Below the pieces are notes generated by a model. It was not told the DNA's origin. It saw only the letters and a list, made by a program, of their open reading frames with translations, and did not search any database. Position numbers and translations under genes: made by a program. 64,000 nucleotides of DNA from the NCBI RefSeq assembly GCF_038025025.1, contig NW_027117346.1, forward strand, positions 1,612,001 to 1,676,000. The letters are read 5' to 3'. Positions 63,434 to 64,000 of the stretch are shown here, piece by piece (position 1 is the first letter of the stretch; each line of letters starts with the position of its first letter). The DNA comes from Phyllosticta citribraziliensis (lineage: Eukaryota).

Positions 63434-64000
63434 ACCGGGACGAGGAAAAGAGTGGTCGACGACGAGGACTGGCTACAGTACCATACCTGACAGGCTGTAG
63501 AAACAAACAACACCATGGCCAGAGAGGGCAGAGGGCAGAGGGCAGAGGGCACCACCGGCAGCAGCACCAGCACCAGCGGCTTTGCGCGGGACGGCTACAA
63601 GTGCAATCCATGGGGCCAGTGATTGGATTTGGCTCTCGCAACGGCGCGCGCGATTCCAGAACGAATCGCGCACCAAACCCCCCCCCTCCCCCCTCGTCGC
63701 CGTCGGAGCCTCCCGCGCGCGGTGCCTGGCCTCTGCGCTCTCTCTCCTCTTCACCTCTGAACGCCAACGCCAACGCCAACGCAAGGGCTCCAGCTGGGAG
63801 TATCCACCCGCTACCGGCCAAACACCCCATCCCTATCCCTGAAGCGGCATCGCCTGAAGCCCCGCGAGGATCATCCTGTCCCGACTCCACCGTGCCCTGC
63901 TTCCCATCATCCCACACCTAAAAGGGACCGCGCGCCGACCTCGTCTATCCATCACTCGCCCTCCCGAGCCCAACGCCCTACCACTCCTCACACACACCTC

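Noticed and set aside
63202..63921. ORFs with ER/SL dipeptide runs
   Set aside because: Translations of the (AG)n microsatellite.

Overview
Intron-rich eukaryotic DNA from a filamentous ascomycete (GT-AG introns of about 45-150 nt with CTRAC/CTAAC branch points; the gene set and codon style suggest a Dothideomycete, which is inference). Positions 1-56,300 are a gene-dense block of mostly housekeeping genes: CWC27, ALE1, an intron-containing tRNA-His(GTG), a CMAS/coclaurine-type methyltransferase, NDUFB2-like, BUR1, HOM3, two orphan proteins, RFC small subunit, ARPC3, a Mek1-like FHA kinase, eL41, a pseudogenised HSL-family esterase, an ENA Na+-ATPase, a YBT1-like ABCC transporter, NDUFA12, PGS1, SKP1, SMP3, a peroxisomal acyl-CoA dehydrogenase, LSG1, LTV1 and a cytochrome P450. 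The last ~7.7 kb has no recognisable protein gene and is rich in microsatellites. The main unexplained structure is a five-copy array at ~32.75-33.42 kb between the convergent ENA and ABC genes: a conserved hairpin-forming core separated by variable polypurine/polypyrimidine spacers, downstream of a palindrome-embedded TATA box on the minus strand. No transposase, reverse transcriptase or CRISPR-Cas gene was recognised. All gene models and identities were read by eye; no database search was run.
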